This document shows, in pieces, positions 47,527 to 57,979 of a DNA stretch of 64,000 nt (position 1 is the stretch's first letter; each line of letters begins with the position of its first letter). The translations under genes were made by a program, and so were the position numbers. Source of the stretch: a virus (taxonomy: Duplodnaviria; Caudoviricetes); the IMG/VR virus record IMGVR_UViG_2974707348_000001, positions 59,024-123,023 of that record; one strand, 5' to 3'. Below the pieces are notes generated by a model that had not been told where the DNA came from, searched no databases, and saw only the letters and a program-made list of their open reading frames with translations.

Positions 47527-48231
47527 TTAGACAATAGTGAGAGAGTACAAGTCAGTTGATTCACCGTCACGAAGAATGTCAAGGTTGAAGTCGAATGTAG
47601 AAACGTTTTCAGCATCCATTGTGAATGTGAAACCAGCTTGAAGCTGTGCTTTAGGGATAAGGAATTGTGCAACACGGTCTTTACCAGTGGCATTATCACG
47701 TACAATTGTATCACCAATTACACGGTAAGCACTAGGGAATTTATCAGACACGAATTTAACTGTCTTAGCAGAGCTAGGTGCTTTATATTCATAGTATGCT
47801 GAAACGGTTGTTTGATCATCCAACCCTGTAACGCTAGTACCTGAAACTCTAGCAGCAGACACTTCTTTACCATCTTTATCAACGATTGTCACTTTTGTGC
47901 TTTCGGATGGAGTTTCAGATAGAGTTGCTGTATTAGTCTTAACAGCAAGTTTTTCACGTTTGTACAAAGTTGTACCAGCTACAACTTCTGTACCAGCAAG
48001 AACAGCCATTGATTCTAGTGAAAGCAAAGCATCTTGCATTTGAAGTGTTGCTGTACGAGAGTAGTTCCAAGTCATAAGTTTTGCATTACCACGACCACCA
48101 GTAGCATCAGTTGTTTCTGAAGCGTTTTCGATACTTGAAGTTTTCAAAGTATCAAAGAACAATACTGGTTTACCAGTTGCGATATCGAAAAAGATTACGT
48201 CTGCGACTTCTTTAATACCAAATTTACTCAT
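47527..48231 (-). CDS. Major tail (tube) protein
   Basis: FGIKEVADV..TLKTSxxE..ATGGRGN; strong RBS; followed by a terminator. Confidence 0.8.
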   Translation of the reverse strand: MSKFGIKEVADVIFFDIATGKPVLFFDTLKTSSIENASETTDATGGRGNAKLMTWNYSRTATLQMQDALLSLESMAVLAGTEVVAGTTLYKREKLAVKTNTATLSETPSESTKVTIVDKDGKEVSAARVSGTSVTGLDDQTTVSAYYEYKAPSSAKTVKFVSDKFPSAYRVIGDTIVRDNATGKDRVAQFLIPKAQLQAGFTFTMDAENVSTFDFNLDILRDGESTDLYSLTIV

Positions 48232-48250
48232 TATTTAGTTCCTCCTAGGA

Positions 48251-49012
48251 TTATTGGGGTGCTCCCCAATCTGAAATTTCATTACCGCCATATATTGATG
48301 CTTTGACAGACATCTTGTATCCTTCAATTGCATATAGGCGAGAATGTTCATCGTATAATTGATAGAGAGTATATTCTAAAACATTAAGTTTATTTGTTGA
48401 AGGACTCATTGCAGTTACAGCACTAATAATATCCGCAATATCACGGCTACTATCGGCTTTTTCTTTTGCTTTGATTTGTTCAACTTTTTCTCTGTTTCTT
48501 CTAAGTTTCTCTAACATTTTTTTAGCTTTCTCATCATAAGGATTTTCTTCATTATCAGTTTTGCTATCTGCAAACCCATTAATGATTTTGACCTTATTTA
48601 TGATTGTAGAGAAAGTTTCTTTATCTATAAGTTTAACGTCTTCATCGGACGAGAGATTTTTATATAATAATCTATCGTACTCTACCTCAATAGACCCCTC
48701 TGGCAAGCCAAGGACAAACTCTAGTGAGCTTGTAAAAATTTTTTTATACTCATCATCAGTACAGACCATCAAGTGCATATCAAGAGCGGTTAATTGATTA
48801 CGCTGTTGATATAAATCCATATAATTGGGTGAGTCAATAAACATTTTCATAAAATCATCAACATCTCTAAGGATATTGCTGACACGAAATAAGTAATCAC
48901 TAAATCCAATATTGGCAATTTCTTTGAGTTTAAATTGTTTCAGGGATAAAAAATCGTTGACTCTAATACTATTTCCTAATATTAGATTTAGCTTATCATC
49001 TACTTGAATCAA
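48251..49012 (-). CDS. Tail morphogenesis protein (SPbeta YomV-like position)
   Basis: TTG start after GGTGGTG; synteny. Confidence 0.55.
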   Translation of the reverse strand: MIQVDDKLNLILGNSIRVNDFLSLKQFKLKEIANIGFSDYLFRVSNILRDVDDFMKMFIDSPNYMDLYQQRNQLTALDMHLMVCTDDEYKKIFTSSLEFVLGLPEGSIEVEYDRLLYKNLSSDEDVKLIDKETFSTIINKVKIINGFADSKTDNEENPYDEKAKKMLEKLRRNREKVEQIKAKEKADSSRDIADIISAVTAMSPSTNKLNVLEYTLYQLYDEHSRLYAIEGYKMSVKASIYGGNEISDWGAPQ

Positions 49013-49601
49013 CTTTATCACCACCCTTTTCAATAGCAATAGTATCTAAGTAGACTCTTATACATTCAAATTTGCTATTTACTGTAAGATGTGTAAAACC
49101 AATTGGTACAGGTAGTCTATCTATTCTTTCTTTTGTCAAAATTTTATTAATTCTGTTCATTAAACCATAGGGTCTAATTATTTTAACTTTTGATTCAGAA
49201 TCAGAAGTTAACCACATATCATGCGAACAAATTATATCTAAGTTTAATTGACTTTTAGAATAAACCCCATCTTTACCTAGCGTACCATCTGAAAAATATA
49301 TGCGAACAAAAATTCCTTCGGATATTGCAGGTTCTGGGTCGAATGGGTAAGCTTTGATTTTTTGATTATCATCTTTATCTTTGATAATAAGTCCATTTTC
49401 AAAGATTTCTTTTGCCTTCGTATCGAGTGGTCTCCCTAAAGCTTTAGCATCTTTAAAATATAATAACTTAAAGATATCTTCGTCTTCCTTGAGAGCATCC
49501 ATAATACGAACAATAGCTGTACTCATTTTATCAATTGTATACGCTTGGATTTCAGCTTGTTCATCCAGCATCATTTGATAATTTTTAGTAGGCATTCCCA
49601 T
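48996..49601 (-). CDS. Putative tail terminator / head-tail joining protein
   Basis: KLLY..DII...W..RP pattern; synteny. Confidence 0.5.
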   Translation of the reverse strand: MGMPTKNYQMMLDEQAEIQAYTIDKMSTAIVRIMDALKEDEDIFKLLYFKDAKALGRPLDTKAKEIFENGLIIKDKDDNQKIKAYPFDPEPAISEGIFVRIYFSDGTLGKDGVYSKSQLNLDIICSHDMWLTSDSESKVKIIRPYGLMNRINKILTKERIDRLPVPIGFTHLTVNSKFECIRVYLDTIAIEKGGDKVDSSR

Positions 49602-50353
49602 TACCATCCACCCCTTTCATCTTCCTCTTCACTCTTTACATTCCATATATCTTGATACGCTATTCCAGTTTCAAAGTTATCTTTCGCATCGTTTCTTATA
49701 TCTTCTTTGAGCGTAAGTTGTAAAACACCATAATAATCACTATCGACATAACTGATATCGTCAACGTGTTCAAGTTTATATGCTTTACTACCACAAATAA
49801 ATCTTTGACCTAATCTCAAGGTAGTTGTCAACTCATTTAATTCTACTGCAACGAGTATTTTCCCAACTGGTGTTTTGACGTCAAAGACGTTGTAAGCTAG
49901 TCCAGCATCGTTTGCTTTAGAGCCTGAACCTAAATATGAAGTAGATGTTATTGAGGGAATATCAATTATCTTCCCAGAAGTATCTTTCCATCTTAGGGTG
50001 TCATTTATCTTGCCCACTCTTAGTTTGATATCATCAACAGTCGAACCAAAGGTATCATAAGCAAGCCATTTATCTCCATCGAACTCTAGGATATTTCCGA
50101 CTTTATGCAATACATTTGGTTTGAAAAGGATATTTCTCAACGTTCCTTGTCTGTCAATTTCTATTACACGAATATCTTCTTCAACAAAACTTTCTTTATC
50201 AGTACCCATATTGGTAAAGATTTTAGACCGTCTGTAGCTTGTTGAAGTTTTGAACTTTTTATCTTTAAAGTAATGAGTGTTCTTCCGAAGAGAGTCTCCT
50301 ACGTCAGTACCATTAGCTTCCAGTCTCTTTTTATATACTTCAAAATAGTCCAT
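49601..50353 (-). CDS. Putative head closure / head-tail joining protein
   Basis: GxRF..Y..D..D..GIA pattern; synteny. Confidence 0.55.
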   Translation of the reverse strand: MDYFEVYKKRLEANGTDVGDSLRKNTHYFKDKKFKTSTSYRRSKIFTNMGTDKESFVEEDIRVIEIDRQGTLRNILFKPNVLHKVGNILEFDGDKWLAYDTFGSTVDDIKLRVGKINDTLRWKDTSGKIIDIPSITSTSYLGSGSKANDAGLAYNVFDVKTPVGKILVAVELNELTTTLRLGQRFICGSKAYKLEHVDDISYVDSDYYGVLQLTLKEDIRNDAKDNFETGIAYQDIWNVKSEEEDERGGW

Positions 50354-50354
50354 A

Positions 50355-50663
50355 TTATTCCACCATTTTCGAAGCTAAAGATTTGGAAATCTCTATCGCT
50401 TTAAAAACCTCTCTTTTTACTATATCTTGATTCGCAGTCTTTTTTGTCTCATTTTGAAGACTAGAGATAACCGCAATAAGTGTTACAAATTCTGACAGCT
50501 TATAATTAATGTAAGATTCAAGACCATCTAATTCGATTATTAGAGATGAGATATAAGAATCTAAGTTAGCGTTATTTTCTTCATACAATGGTAGTATTTT
50601 AAAAATACTATTCACATTTTTTACTTCAAAATATTCTACTAATCTTTTGTTATCTTTTATCAT
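50355..50663 (-). CDS. Hypothetical virion morphogenesis protein
   Basis: FKILPLYEE..KREVF; within the head-tail cluster. Confidence 0.6.
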   Translation of the reverse strand: MIKDNKRLVEYFEVKNVNSIFKILPLYEENNANLDSYISSLIIELDGLESYINYKLSEFVTLIAVISSLQNETKKTANQDIVKREVFKAIEISKSLASKMVE

Positions 50664-51090
50664 ATACTGCACCTACAAACGTATATTTTGTAACTTTTAC
50701 CGCTGTCTCTCTTTTAATCTCTTTATAAAAGTCTTTTAATTGGTTAATTTGATTTGCTTGCGAAAGTATCTTAAAATCAGAATTGCTAAGAGCTTGTTCA
50801 AGAGTCTCATTACGAATCATGATTTGTTTGAAGTATTCTACAATCATAAGCATTGCTATAATTTCAACTTCTAAATTAGTAAGGTCTGCATTGATATTAA
50901 CTACTTTTGGTAGAATTTTTTCTCCGTCAGCATCTGTAGATAAATCTTTTGGACATTGTACAAATTCAGCACTTGCTGTTCTATAATATCCGAATAATAC
51001 AGATTCTACATAGTCTTTATCATCGAGGAACTTATAATCTGAAATCTTCTGTAAGAAACTACTATAAACTCTTGTGATATTAGTTGACAT
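50650..51090 (-). CDS. Putative head-tail adaptor
   Basis: VYxxFLxKIxD..LTxxExEIIA..DFK..SQAN; synteny. Confidence 0.6.
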   Translation of the reverse strand: MSTNITRVYSSFLQKISDYKFLDDKDYVESVLFGYYRTASAEFVQCPKDLSTDADGEKILPKVVNINADLTNLEVEIIAMLMIVEYFKQIMIRNETLEQALSNSDFKILSQANQINQLKDFYKEIKRETAVKVTKYTFVGAVYDKR

Positions 51091-51110
51091 ATTTTACTTC
51101 CTTTCGATTA

Positions 51111-51773
51111 TTATTTGATTGGCAAATTGTCCTCGAATGAAATATCATACTCATCTTCAAAAGTTTTAATAATGAAAGAACTATCTAACTCACCAGTATT
51201 GTAACGTCTTTTAGCCTCGTCAAAGAGTGTAGTACGCATTTCGTTTGGAAGTGATTGAATTACTTCACGAATATCGTCTGTACGCATTTCCAAGATTTGT
51301 TTTACACGTGCTGGTGTTAAGAAGTGTGTGTAAGCAGATTCAAGATTAAACTCTTTAATAAGGTCTTTATTAAGAATAATAATCCATCCATCAGTAAGAG
51401 CTTCACGAGCTAAATTATTCATAGACTTCAATTCTTTATAAGGCATTTTGTTCTTTTGACCAAAGCCACGAAACTCAAAAACACCATTTCCTGCTTGTGA
51501 GGTATGTAGCAAACGTCCGTTAATACCAGCCATGACCATAATCAAATCATCATCTTTAAATTTACTTTTTTCTTCTACTATAGCTTCTAAATCGAACTCA
51601 TCTAATGATGTATCTCCAGATTTTTCGACAGCATTCGCTTTAGCCTTTTCTTTTTTTAATACAGATTCTAGTTGCTTAAAATTTAAAGGTTTTCCATCTG
51701 CATTAGTAAAGTCTGCTTTACTGTAAGAATAATCTCTAACCAATTCTTCTTTGATTTCTTTAATTGTTGCCAT
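51111..51773 (-). CDS. Hypothetical protein downstream of the capsid gene
   Basis: AAGGAG RBS; synteny with SPbeta yonA. Confidence 0.6.
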   Translation of the reverse strand: MATIKEIKEELVRDYSYSKADFTNADGKPLNFKQLESVLKKEKAKANAVEKSGDTSLDEFDLEAIVEEKSKFKDDDLIMVMAGINGRLLHTSQAGNGVFEFRGFGQKNKMPYKELKSMNNLAREALTDGWIIILNKDLIKEFNLESAYTHFLTPARVKQILEMRTDDIREVIQSLPNEMRTTLFDEAKRRYNTGELDSSFIIKTFEDEYDISFEDNLPIK

Positions 51774-51809
51774 TGTTTGTAATCTCCTTATTCTCTCTTA
51801 AAACATATT

Positions 51810-51830
51810 AAAAGGGGAATAATCCCCCTC
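51810..51830 (-). terminator. Terminator after the major capsid gene
   Basis: GGGGGA-TTAT-TCCCCT followed by a T run. Confidence 0.75.
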
Positions 51831-51835
51831 CAATA

Positions 51836-52855
51836 TTATTTAGCTTTAAATTTGATGTAACCAAATTGACTTGATGGTACTGTAGCAATACCAAGTTTTT
51901 GAGTCAAAAGGTATTCTTTTTGAAGGTCATCACGATTTACTGATTCGCTTTCTTCAACGTATGCTTCACCCTCATTAACCACTTTAACGAATTTATCATT
52001 AGTTTGTGGCAAGAGCAAGATAGCATCGTCTTCGAAGATGAAAGTATTAGTTCCTTCTTGGTGCAAAGCTGGAAGTTCTTTAGCTTCAATACCAGCAATA
52101 CGACCATAAAAAGCTTGTTGGTTACGTTGGTTATTTGAAGCGTCAGATGGGAATTTGATATCAAGATTGCTCAAAGCAAGAGCAGTACCATAGATAACAA
52201 CTTCCGCACCAGTACGTGCTTCCAAGTGTTTTGCAACTTCTAAAATTTGTTTCTCAGTTGGAAGTCCACCAGACAAAGTAAGACGGTAAGGTTCACCCGC
52301 ACCACCTGCACGGAAGTTTTTAAGAATTGCATCATAAATATCTTCCTGAATAGATTTAACCATTGACTCACCAACTTTACGAGCCATTTCTACGAAATCT
52401 ACACGACCAGCCATGAAACGGTCAAATTCTTCATAGATTTTAACTCCACGACGTACAGTTGGAACAGAGAAGCGTTCACCTTCACGGTGACGTTGACGTC
52501 TAAGGTTACCGTTACCATCTGAAATTACAGACACACGGAAGTTAGAGTTATCTGGGATATAAAATTCATTTTTATCCCCAAGTGCAAGGTTACGGTAGTC
52601 AATCAAACCGTCAAGAATATTTGTAAATCCTTCGTTGACTGTGATTTCAATAACTTCTTCAATAACTTCAAAGACTTCATTTTTGTGTTTACGGAAAGTC
52701 TTAGGAGAGATTGGTTGCCCAACTTCTACTTCGAGCAATTCATAAAATCCTTTACGAAGTGCTTCTGACGGTGTTACATCTTTAGCTGAGAAATCTTTTG
52801 GCAAAGTGCCATTTACATACATTTTAGCTAATTCTACAAGAGCTTTTGTTTCCAT
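51836..52855 (-). CDS. Major capsid protein
   Basis: FEVIEEVI..LGDKxEF..RFxAGRVD pattern; strong RBS and biased codon usage; follows the scaffold and decoration genes. Confidence 0.85.
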   Translation of the reverse strand: METKALVELAKMYVNGTLPKDFSAKDVTPSEALRKGFYELLEVEVGQPISPKTFRKHKNEVFEVIEEVIEITVNEGFTNILDGLIDYRNLALGDKNEFYIPDNSNFRVSVISDGNGNLRRQRHREGERFSVPTVRRGVKIYEEFDRFMAGRVDFVEMARKVGESMVKSIQEDIYDAILKNFRAGGAGEPYRLTLSGGLPTEKQILEVAKHLEARTGAEVVIYGTALALSNLDIKFPSDASNNQRNQQAFYGRIAGIEAKELPALHQEGTNTFIFEDDAILLLPQTNDKFVKVVNEGEAYVEESESVNRDDLQKEYLLTQKLGIATVPSSQFGYIKFKAK

Positions 52856-52893
52856 TAAAATTTTCCTCCTAGGTATCTTGGTTTCCTATATTA

Positions 52894-53415
52894 TTACTGA
52901 ACTTGAAGAGTCCAAGCTTTTTCAACAGTATCGAGTGTGTTTCCAGCATCTTCAATAACTTTAAGTGTAAGTTGTCCTGCTTTTGGTGAATCTTCTTTAG
53001 CCAATCTACCATTTTTAACTGTAAGTGTATTACCTACAGCTAAATCTCCGTGAGAACCAACTGTGATTGATTGGTCGGTCATTGTCAAAATGTCTCCACG
53101 TTGAAGACGGTATCCACGAACGACTTTACCTTCTTCGTTTTTGAAATTACGCAAAGGGCTACGTTCATCATATTGAAGTTCTGGTGCATGTAACATAACT
53201 GTATCTTTAGTACCGTCTGTTGAAATTACACCCTTTTTCACTTCACCTTTACGACCAGTCCATTCACCAGCAGAGTCTGGAAGAAGCACATCAACATCAA
53301 CAAACAATCCATTTGCATAGTCTTTTACAAGGTTTGCACCTGAGTCATATGCAACGATAGATTCCAAGTTACCATTTACACCACTTAATACTTTATCTAA
53401 ATTAACGATTGCCAT
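52894..53415 (-). CDS. Putative capsid decoration protein
   Basis: YDE..F.N..G..RGYxLxxGD; lies between protease and MCP. Confidence 0.6.
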   Translation of the reverse strand: MAIVNLDKVLSGVNGNLESIVAYDSGANLVKDYANGLFVDVDVLLPDSAGEWTGRKGEVKKGVISTDGTKDTVMLHAPELQYDERSPLRNFKNEEGKVVRGYRLQRGDILTMTDQSITVGSHGDLAVGNTLTVKNGRLAKEDSPKAGQLTLKVIEDAGNTLDTVEKAWTLQVQ

Positions 53416-53443
53416 TAATTATTCCTCCTATTAATGTCTTTTC

Positions 53444-54703
53444 TTAGTTAAACAAATCTTCGAATGAATATTGTTTTTTATTTCCTTGTTCTGGTTTGAT
53501 TGTGATTTTAGCAAATTCTTTTGAAATATTTTTTTCTACTGGTTTAGCCATACGACCAAGCATTTCGAATAATTTCACTTCAAGAGCATCTGTATTTTCA
53601 AACGCAGAATAATCAAGTTCTTTTACAGCAGATTCATCTAAACCATAAGTTTCAATGAATGATTCAACTTTATCGTTGCATTCACGAACATGATTGTCTA
53701 ATTCAAATTTACCATTTTTAGCTTTCAAACCTTTGATTTCTTCTTTGAGTTTTTCATTTTCTGATTTCAACTCTTCGATTTGTTTTTCTAGCTTTGCAAT
53801 AGTTGCATTGTCAGATGTCTCAGGTTTTTTTGCTTTTTTAGGTTCGTCTTCTTTAGCTTTAGCTTTTGCTTTTTTATCTGCATCAGCTTCTGCTTTAGCA
53901 AATTCTGCCAATTCTTTTTCAACCTCTTCAACAGGAATTTCTGCGTAATTTTTAACTTTAGCTGAAAGTTCTTCTTCTGTCAAAGAAAATTTTGCGAGTA
54001 AGTCTTCTAATTTCAACTTTGGTTCTCCCTTCTCGATAGTTTCGATTTCGTTTAAAGCAAATTTTAAATCTTTAAACATGTTCTGCATACTTTCAGTTAG
54101 TGAATCATCTTTTGAGTATGTTTGAACTTTGGCATCGTTAAATGCTGGTCTTACATATCCAGCTCCGTTCTTATCGATGCCAAGCACACATAGTGCTGTG
54201 AAATAAAAATCAGTAATGTAATCAATACCATCAAGAGTATAATATTCATTAACTGTGATTTCCATTGACTGACCAAAATCATCTGTGGATAAAGCAGAAA
54301 CAAGTTTCTCATCTCTATTCCAGATTAAAGCGTTATCAATAACAAGATATTCTCTTCGGATTCCATCTTTGTCTATAATATTTTCCCAAGAAAAAACTGC
54401 ACTTTCAGGAACAACACCAATTGGTACTGTTTTTGTTTTAGCAACAATCTTATCATCTTCTACCACAAGGCTACGTTCATGTCCACCAAAATTTTCATCT
54501 TCTTCGCTAAAATAACCAACGATTGGAATATTTTTTAATGAAGGAACAGCCTTTTCAACATCCCACTTATCAAAATGAGAACGGTTTGGATTGTCTCCAT
54601 GATACATAACCGTCACTCTAGCTTTTGAAAATAGTGGACTTAAACTCTCCGTGATTTCAAAGTTAATCATTTTAGAGTTTAGGATTTTAGTATTATCTAC
54701 CAT
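53444..54703 (-). CDS. Prohead protease / scaffold
   Basis: NxNxS, PIVG, GGHE, QSMEI and LCVLG..PAF motifs; C-terminal coiled coil. Confidence 0.75.
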   Translation of the reverse strand: MVDNTKILNSKMINFEITESLSPLFSKARVTVMYHGDNPNRSHFDKWDVEKAVPSLKNIPIVGYFSEEDENFGGHERSLVVEDDKIVAKTKTVPIGVVPESAVFSWENIIDKDGIRREYLVIDNALIWNRDEKLVSALSTDDFGQSMEITVNEYYTLDGIDYITDFYFTALCVLGIDKNGAGYVRPAFNDAKVQTYSKDDSLTESMQNMFKDLKFALNEIETIEKGEPKLKLEDLLAKFSLTEEELSAKVKNYAEIPVEEVEKELAEFAKAEADADKKAKAKAKEDEPKKAKKPETSDNATIAKLEKQIEELKSENEKLKEEIKGLKAKNGKFELDNHVRECNDKVESFIETYGLDESAVKELDYSAFENTDALEVKLFEMLGRMAKPVEKNISKEFAKITIKPEQGNKKQYSFEDLFN

Positions 54704-54714
54704 TTCTTATCTCC

Positions 54715-56256
54715 TTACTGCGTATTTGCTGGCTTATCTTTAGACCTCTGCGTCTCATCGCTGTCTTTATTGCCAGTTTCTTCGTTAGTAGGTCTTCCGC
54801 CTTCTTTTGCTTTTTCCTCTGTTGCATTTTCTGCAATATCAGAACCGCTTGTATTAAACGAAGAACTTAATGGAGTCATAATTTCTGGTAGGTCAAGCAT
54901 TTCATTTTCAACCTTAAGTAATCCAGTAAATGCTACTGGGTCAATTCCCATAAGAGATGCAAGATAAACCTTGACTGGGAATCCATACTGAGCATCCGTG
55001 ATATATCTATCGTGAGCTTCTTTTTTACTAAAATGTGTTACCTCTAACATTGTTGCTTTGAAGTATTTAGACATACCATTTAATAACATATATCTATTCA
55101 ACCAACGTTCAAGCTGATTGAGAACTCCAAAAATAAACTGTTCGTCAGTTGCAATACTCATTGCAATACCTTGTGAAGTTTTATTATCAGAAGAGAATAA
55201 GATTTGACTTACCCCTGCGCTGTCCCAAAAGTTTTTAGTTGCTTTTTCTACGCTATCGTCTGATGCACCATCTTTGTCAAATGATACAGTATCAATTTCC
55301 ATTGGAGATGTTACAACTCCAACATTGTCAGGAACTGTCATTGATAATGCTTCATGGAAATAATTCATCATAGGCATATCCAATGTAAAGTCATTATTAT
55401 CATTACTAGAACGTGTTTCAAGTTTTTGAATCAATAACTTGTAGTTTTGGAGTTCTGCCTTGTCATTTCGTAAATCTTTAAACGAATGAATATCATAAAT
55501 GCTATCAAATGTCCCTGCAAAGGGTGGTATAGGAACTAAGCTAGACTCATTTATTTTGATACAGATACTATTTTTATCTTGAATTTCATACCAGTTGGAA
55601 GCACTTTTGTTATTTCCTTTTTTCATGGTATTGTATTTGATAACTGCATCCTGAATTTCTTGAGGATAATAATCTACTATGTCTGCACTAATTAGGGCAT
55701 CCAAGTCAATCACATAGTTATAAACACCGCCACTAACTGAACTAATTCTACATATATCATTAGGAAACTGTTGAATCATTACGGATTCTTTATCGTCAAT
55801 AACATATCCATAAAAAATATCTACTGTCATTGCCAATTTAACTATTTTGCTAAAGTTATATTTAGGATTTAAACGAGATAGAAATTCTGTAACTGTTGCT
55901 AGTTCCTTTTTTAATTTATTTTCATTTGCTGTTGAAATATCTTTAAACGGAACTACCGAATAAGCATACAAAGGCATGTCTGCATAGAAGTTTAATAATC
56001 TTTGATATTGTTGACTTTGAACTGCTAAGTCTTCACTCACTTTTCGTAATATCTTTTGGTTTGCTTCGCTTCGATACTCTTTGACCACTTTACGCACTTT
56101 ACTTTGACTTGATGTAAGTGAACCTACTGGTGCACCAAAAACAGGTGTTTTATTATCATTACGCAGTATTGAAATTCTATTGTTTCTCTTATTACTATAA
56201 GCACTAATAGAATCAACATCAACCATATTAAGTCTTTTCTTCTTATTTTTAGCCAA
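54715..56256 (-). CDS. Portal protein
   Basis: 513 aa, directly after the terminase; PPF, SAGVS and QLERWLN motifs. Confidence 0.8.
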   Translation of the reverse strand: MAKNKKKRLNMVDVDSISAYSNKRNNRISILRNDNKTPVFGAPVGSLTSSQSKVRKVVKEYRSEANQKILRKVSEDLAVQSQQYQRLLNFYADMPLYAYSVVPFKDISTANENKLKKELATVTEFLSRLNPKYNFSKIVKLAMTVDIFYGYVIDDKESVMIQQFPNDICRISSVSGGVYNYVIDLDALISADIVDYYPQEIQDAVIKYNTMKKGNNKSASNWYEIQDKNSICIKINESSLVPIPPFAGTFDSIYDIHSFKDLRNDKAELQNYKLLIQKLETRSSNDNNDFTLDMPMMNYFHEALSMTVPDNVGVVTSPMEIDTVSFDKDGASDDSVEKATKNFWDSAGVSQILFSSDNKTSQGIAMSIATDEQFIFGVLNQLERWLNRYMLLNGMSKYFKATMLEVTHFSKKEAHDRYITDAQYGFPVKVYLASLMGIDPVAFTGLLKVENEMLDLPEIMTPLSSSFNTSGSDIAENATEEKAKEGGRPTNEETGNKDSDETQRSKDKPANTQ

Positions 56257-56279
56257 ACTTATCTCCTTTCTATCTTATT

Positions 56280-57977
56280 TTATTTGAATCTTTTATAAAC
56301 AGGTGCTTTAATTTTCATGAAGCCATATGCATCATCATCTGGTTTCTTTCTCTTTCTTTTACTTTCTGATTCTTCTAAATAAATCCAATAGAGACCATAA
56401 GCGAAAGCAGAGTATCTGTCTTTTTGTATTTTTTGAGATACTTGTTTAACAGTACCTGTATTGCCATTGTTTACATATTCGAGGTTCATGATTTCATCAA
56501 CCAGTCGGTCTGTCTGAATAAATGGTAATAATTTATCAGCTTCTTTTCGTGGGTCTTTTTCTTTGATACTTGCTTGAATCTTAGATTCGGAAGTTAATAT
56601 TTTAACATCATTATTTGCAAACGTAGCCATGAAGTGATTAATAATATTTGAGTTCTTAGTGCCTTTCTTTTGGGCAGATACTGCAAAAATCATAGGAATA
56701 CTGTTTGGCTTTTTATACTCAGCGTAACCCTCATCATTAACAACACTATAAGGAGGGTTGTCATCAATTTCACTTGTTAAGTAATCGACCAATCCCCAAC
56801 CCATACCATTAATATCTACACAAAGAATTGTCGCATTGAACTCGTTTACTTTTTGTTTCAAGAACTTAGCTTGATTCTCAAAGTGACTACCTTGCATTGT
56901 AAAGATATTGACTAAATGCTTAGTATAAGTTCCGTCCCCTCTATCTTCAATACGTATTACTGCTAAAGAGCTATTGGCTGTATTTCCAGTTGTTGCCCTA
57001 GCTACGTCATATGATAGAACGAATCTTACATTAGGGTTCTTCTTATCTTCACTATTAATTTTCCACATTGGTTTCTCTAAGACACGGGCTTTACTGATTT
57101 CGTCTGCTGAAACTAATGATTTTTCGCTAGAACCAGTAAAGACTGACCTGAACTCACGTTCAAATGATAGTGGGCTATATGTAGGGTCTTCAAGTTTTTC
57201 ATTGACATCATCTATATCAAGAGTTCCAAAGTGTGTCCCCATCTCGTAGCTTGTTCCAAGAACAATTGTCGGTTTACCCTGTTCCATCTCTTCATATAAT
57301 GCCCTAAACTTATCATAACAATAAGATTGCTTGTGAGAAGCTGTTGTAACATAAGCTTCTGTTTTAGAGTATTCGTTTTCTTTATCAACACCATGACCAA
57401 CAACGTTACGTGCTTGCGCAAGCATTGGACGTATAACTTCATTAATTGTTTTTGCGTCCATACGTTCGTCAACTATTTCCTCTAAGGTAATTCCTTGTGC
57501 ACGCAAACCACGTGAACTTTCACCTACTGTAAGGGTATCTAGTGTTGAACCGTTTTTGAAGACTAGTTTGACATAATCTTTTTCGAATTTACATTTATTG
57601 AAGATTAATTCATTTTTGAGTAATGGATAATCTCTCCAAAATTCTTCAAACTTAGATTTAACTACTTTTGCAGACTGTTCTTTAGTTGGCATTGCTACTG
57701 CCAAGGCATTATTTGGATATAGAATACATTTAACATAATTTGAAAGAAGTTCAATATATGTTTTAGAAATCCCACGACTTGCTACAATCCCAACCCTTTT
57801 ATATCGAAAGAAAGTTCGCATATAAACTCTTTGGAATGGAAGTAAATCAAACATCGTAGATTCTGTTTTGATATAATCTATGAATCTGTCTGGATACATT
57901 CTGAAATATGAAATCATATCTCTAAAACCATCTTTGACATCTCCAAAATTATCATTAAATTCTTTAACTGATAACAT
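56280..57977 (-). CDS. terL: Terminase large subunit
   Basis: ASRGISKT Walker A, RGLR, EE Walker B, FEREF, SYDVAR, DxNGxG and KDRYSA motifs. Confidence 0.92.
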   Translation of the reverse strand: MLSVKEFNDNFGDVKDGFRDMISYFRMYPDRFIDYIKTESTMFDLLPFQRVYMRTFFRYKRVGIVASRGISKTYIELLSNYVKCILYPNNALAVAMPTKEQSAKVVKSKFEEFWRDYPLLKNELIFNKCKFEKDYVKLVFKNGSTLDTLTVGESSRGLRAQGITLEEIVDERMDAKTINEVIRPMLAQARNVVGHGVDKENEYSKTEAYVTTASHKQSYCYDKFRALYEEMEQGKPTIVLGTSYEMGTHFGTLDIDDVNEKLEDPTYSPLSFEREFRSVFTGSSEKSLVSADEISKARVLEKPMWKINSEDKKNPNVRFVLSYDVARATTGNTANSSLAVIRIEDRGDGTYTKHLVNIFTMQGSHFENQAKFLKQKVNEFNATILCVDINGMGWGLVDYLTSEIDDNPPYSVVNDEGYAEYKKPNSIPMIFAVSAQKKGTKNSNIINHFMATFANNDVKILTSESKIQASIKEKDPRKEADKLLPFIQTDRLVDEIMNLEYVNNGNTGTVKQVSQKIQKDRYSAFAYGLYWIYLEESESKRKRKKPDDDAYGFMKIKAPVYKRFK

Positions 57978-57979
57978 TC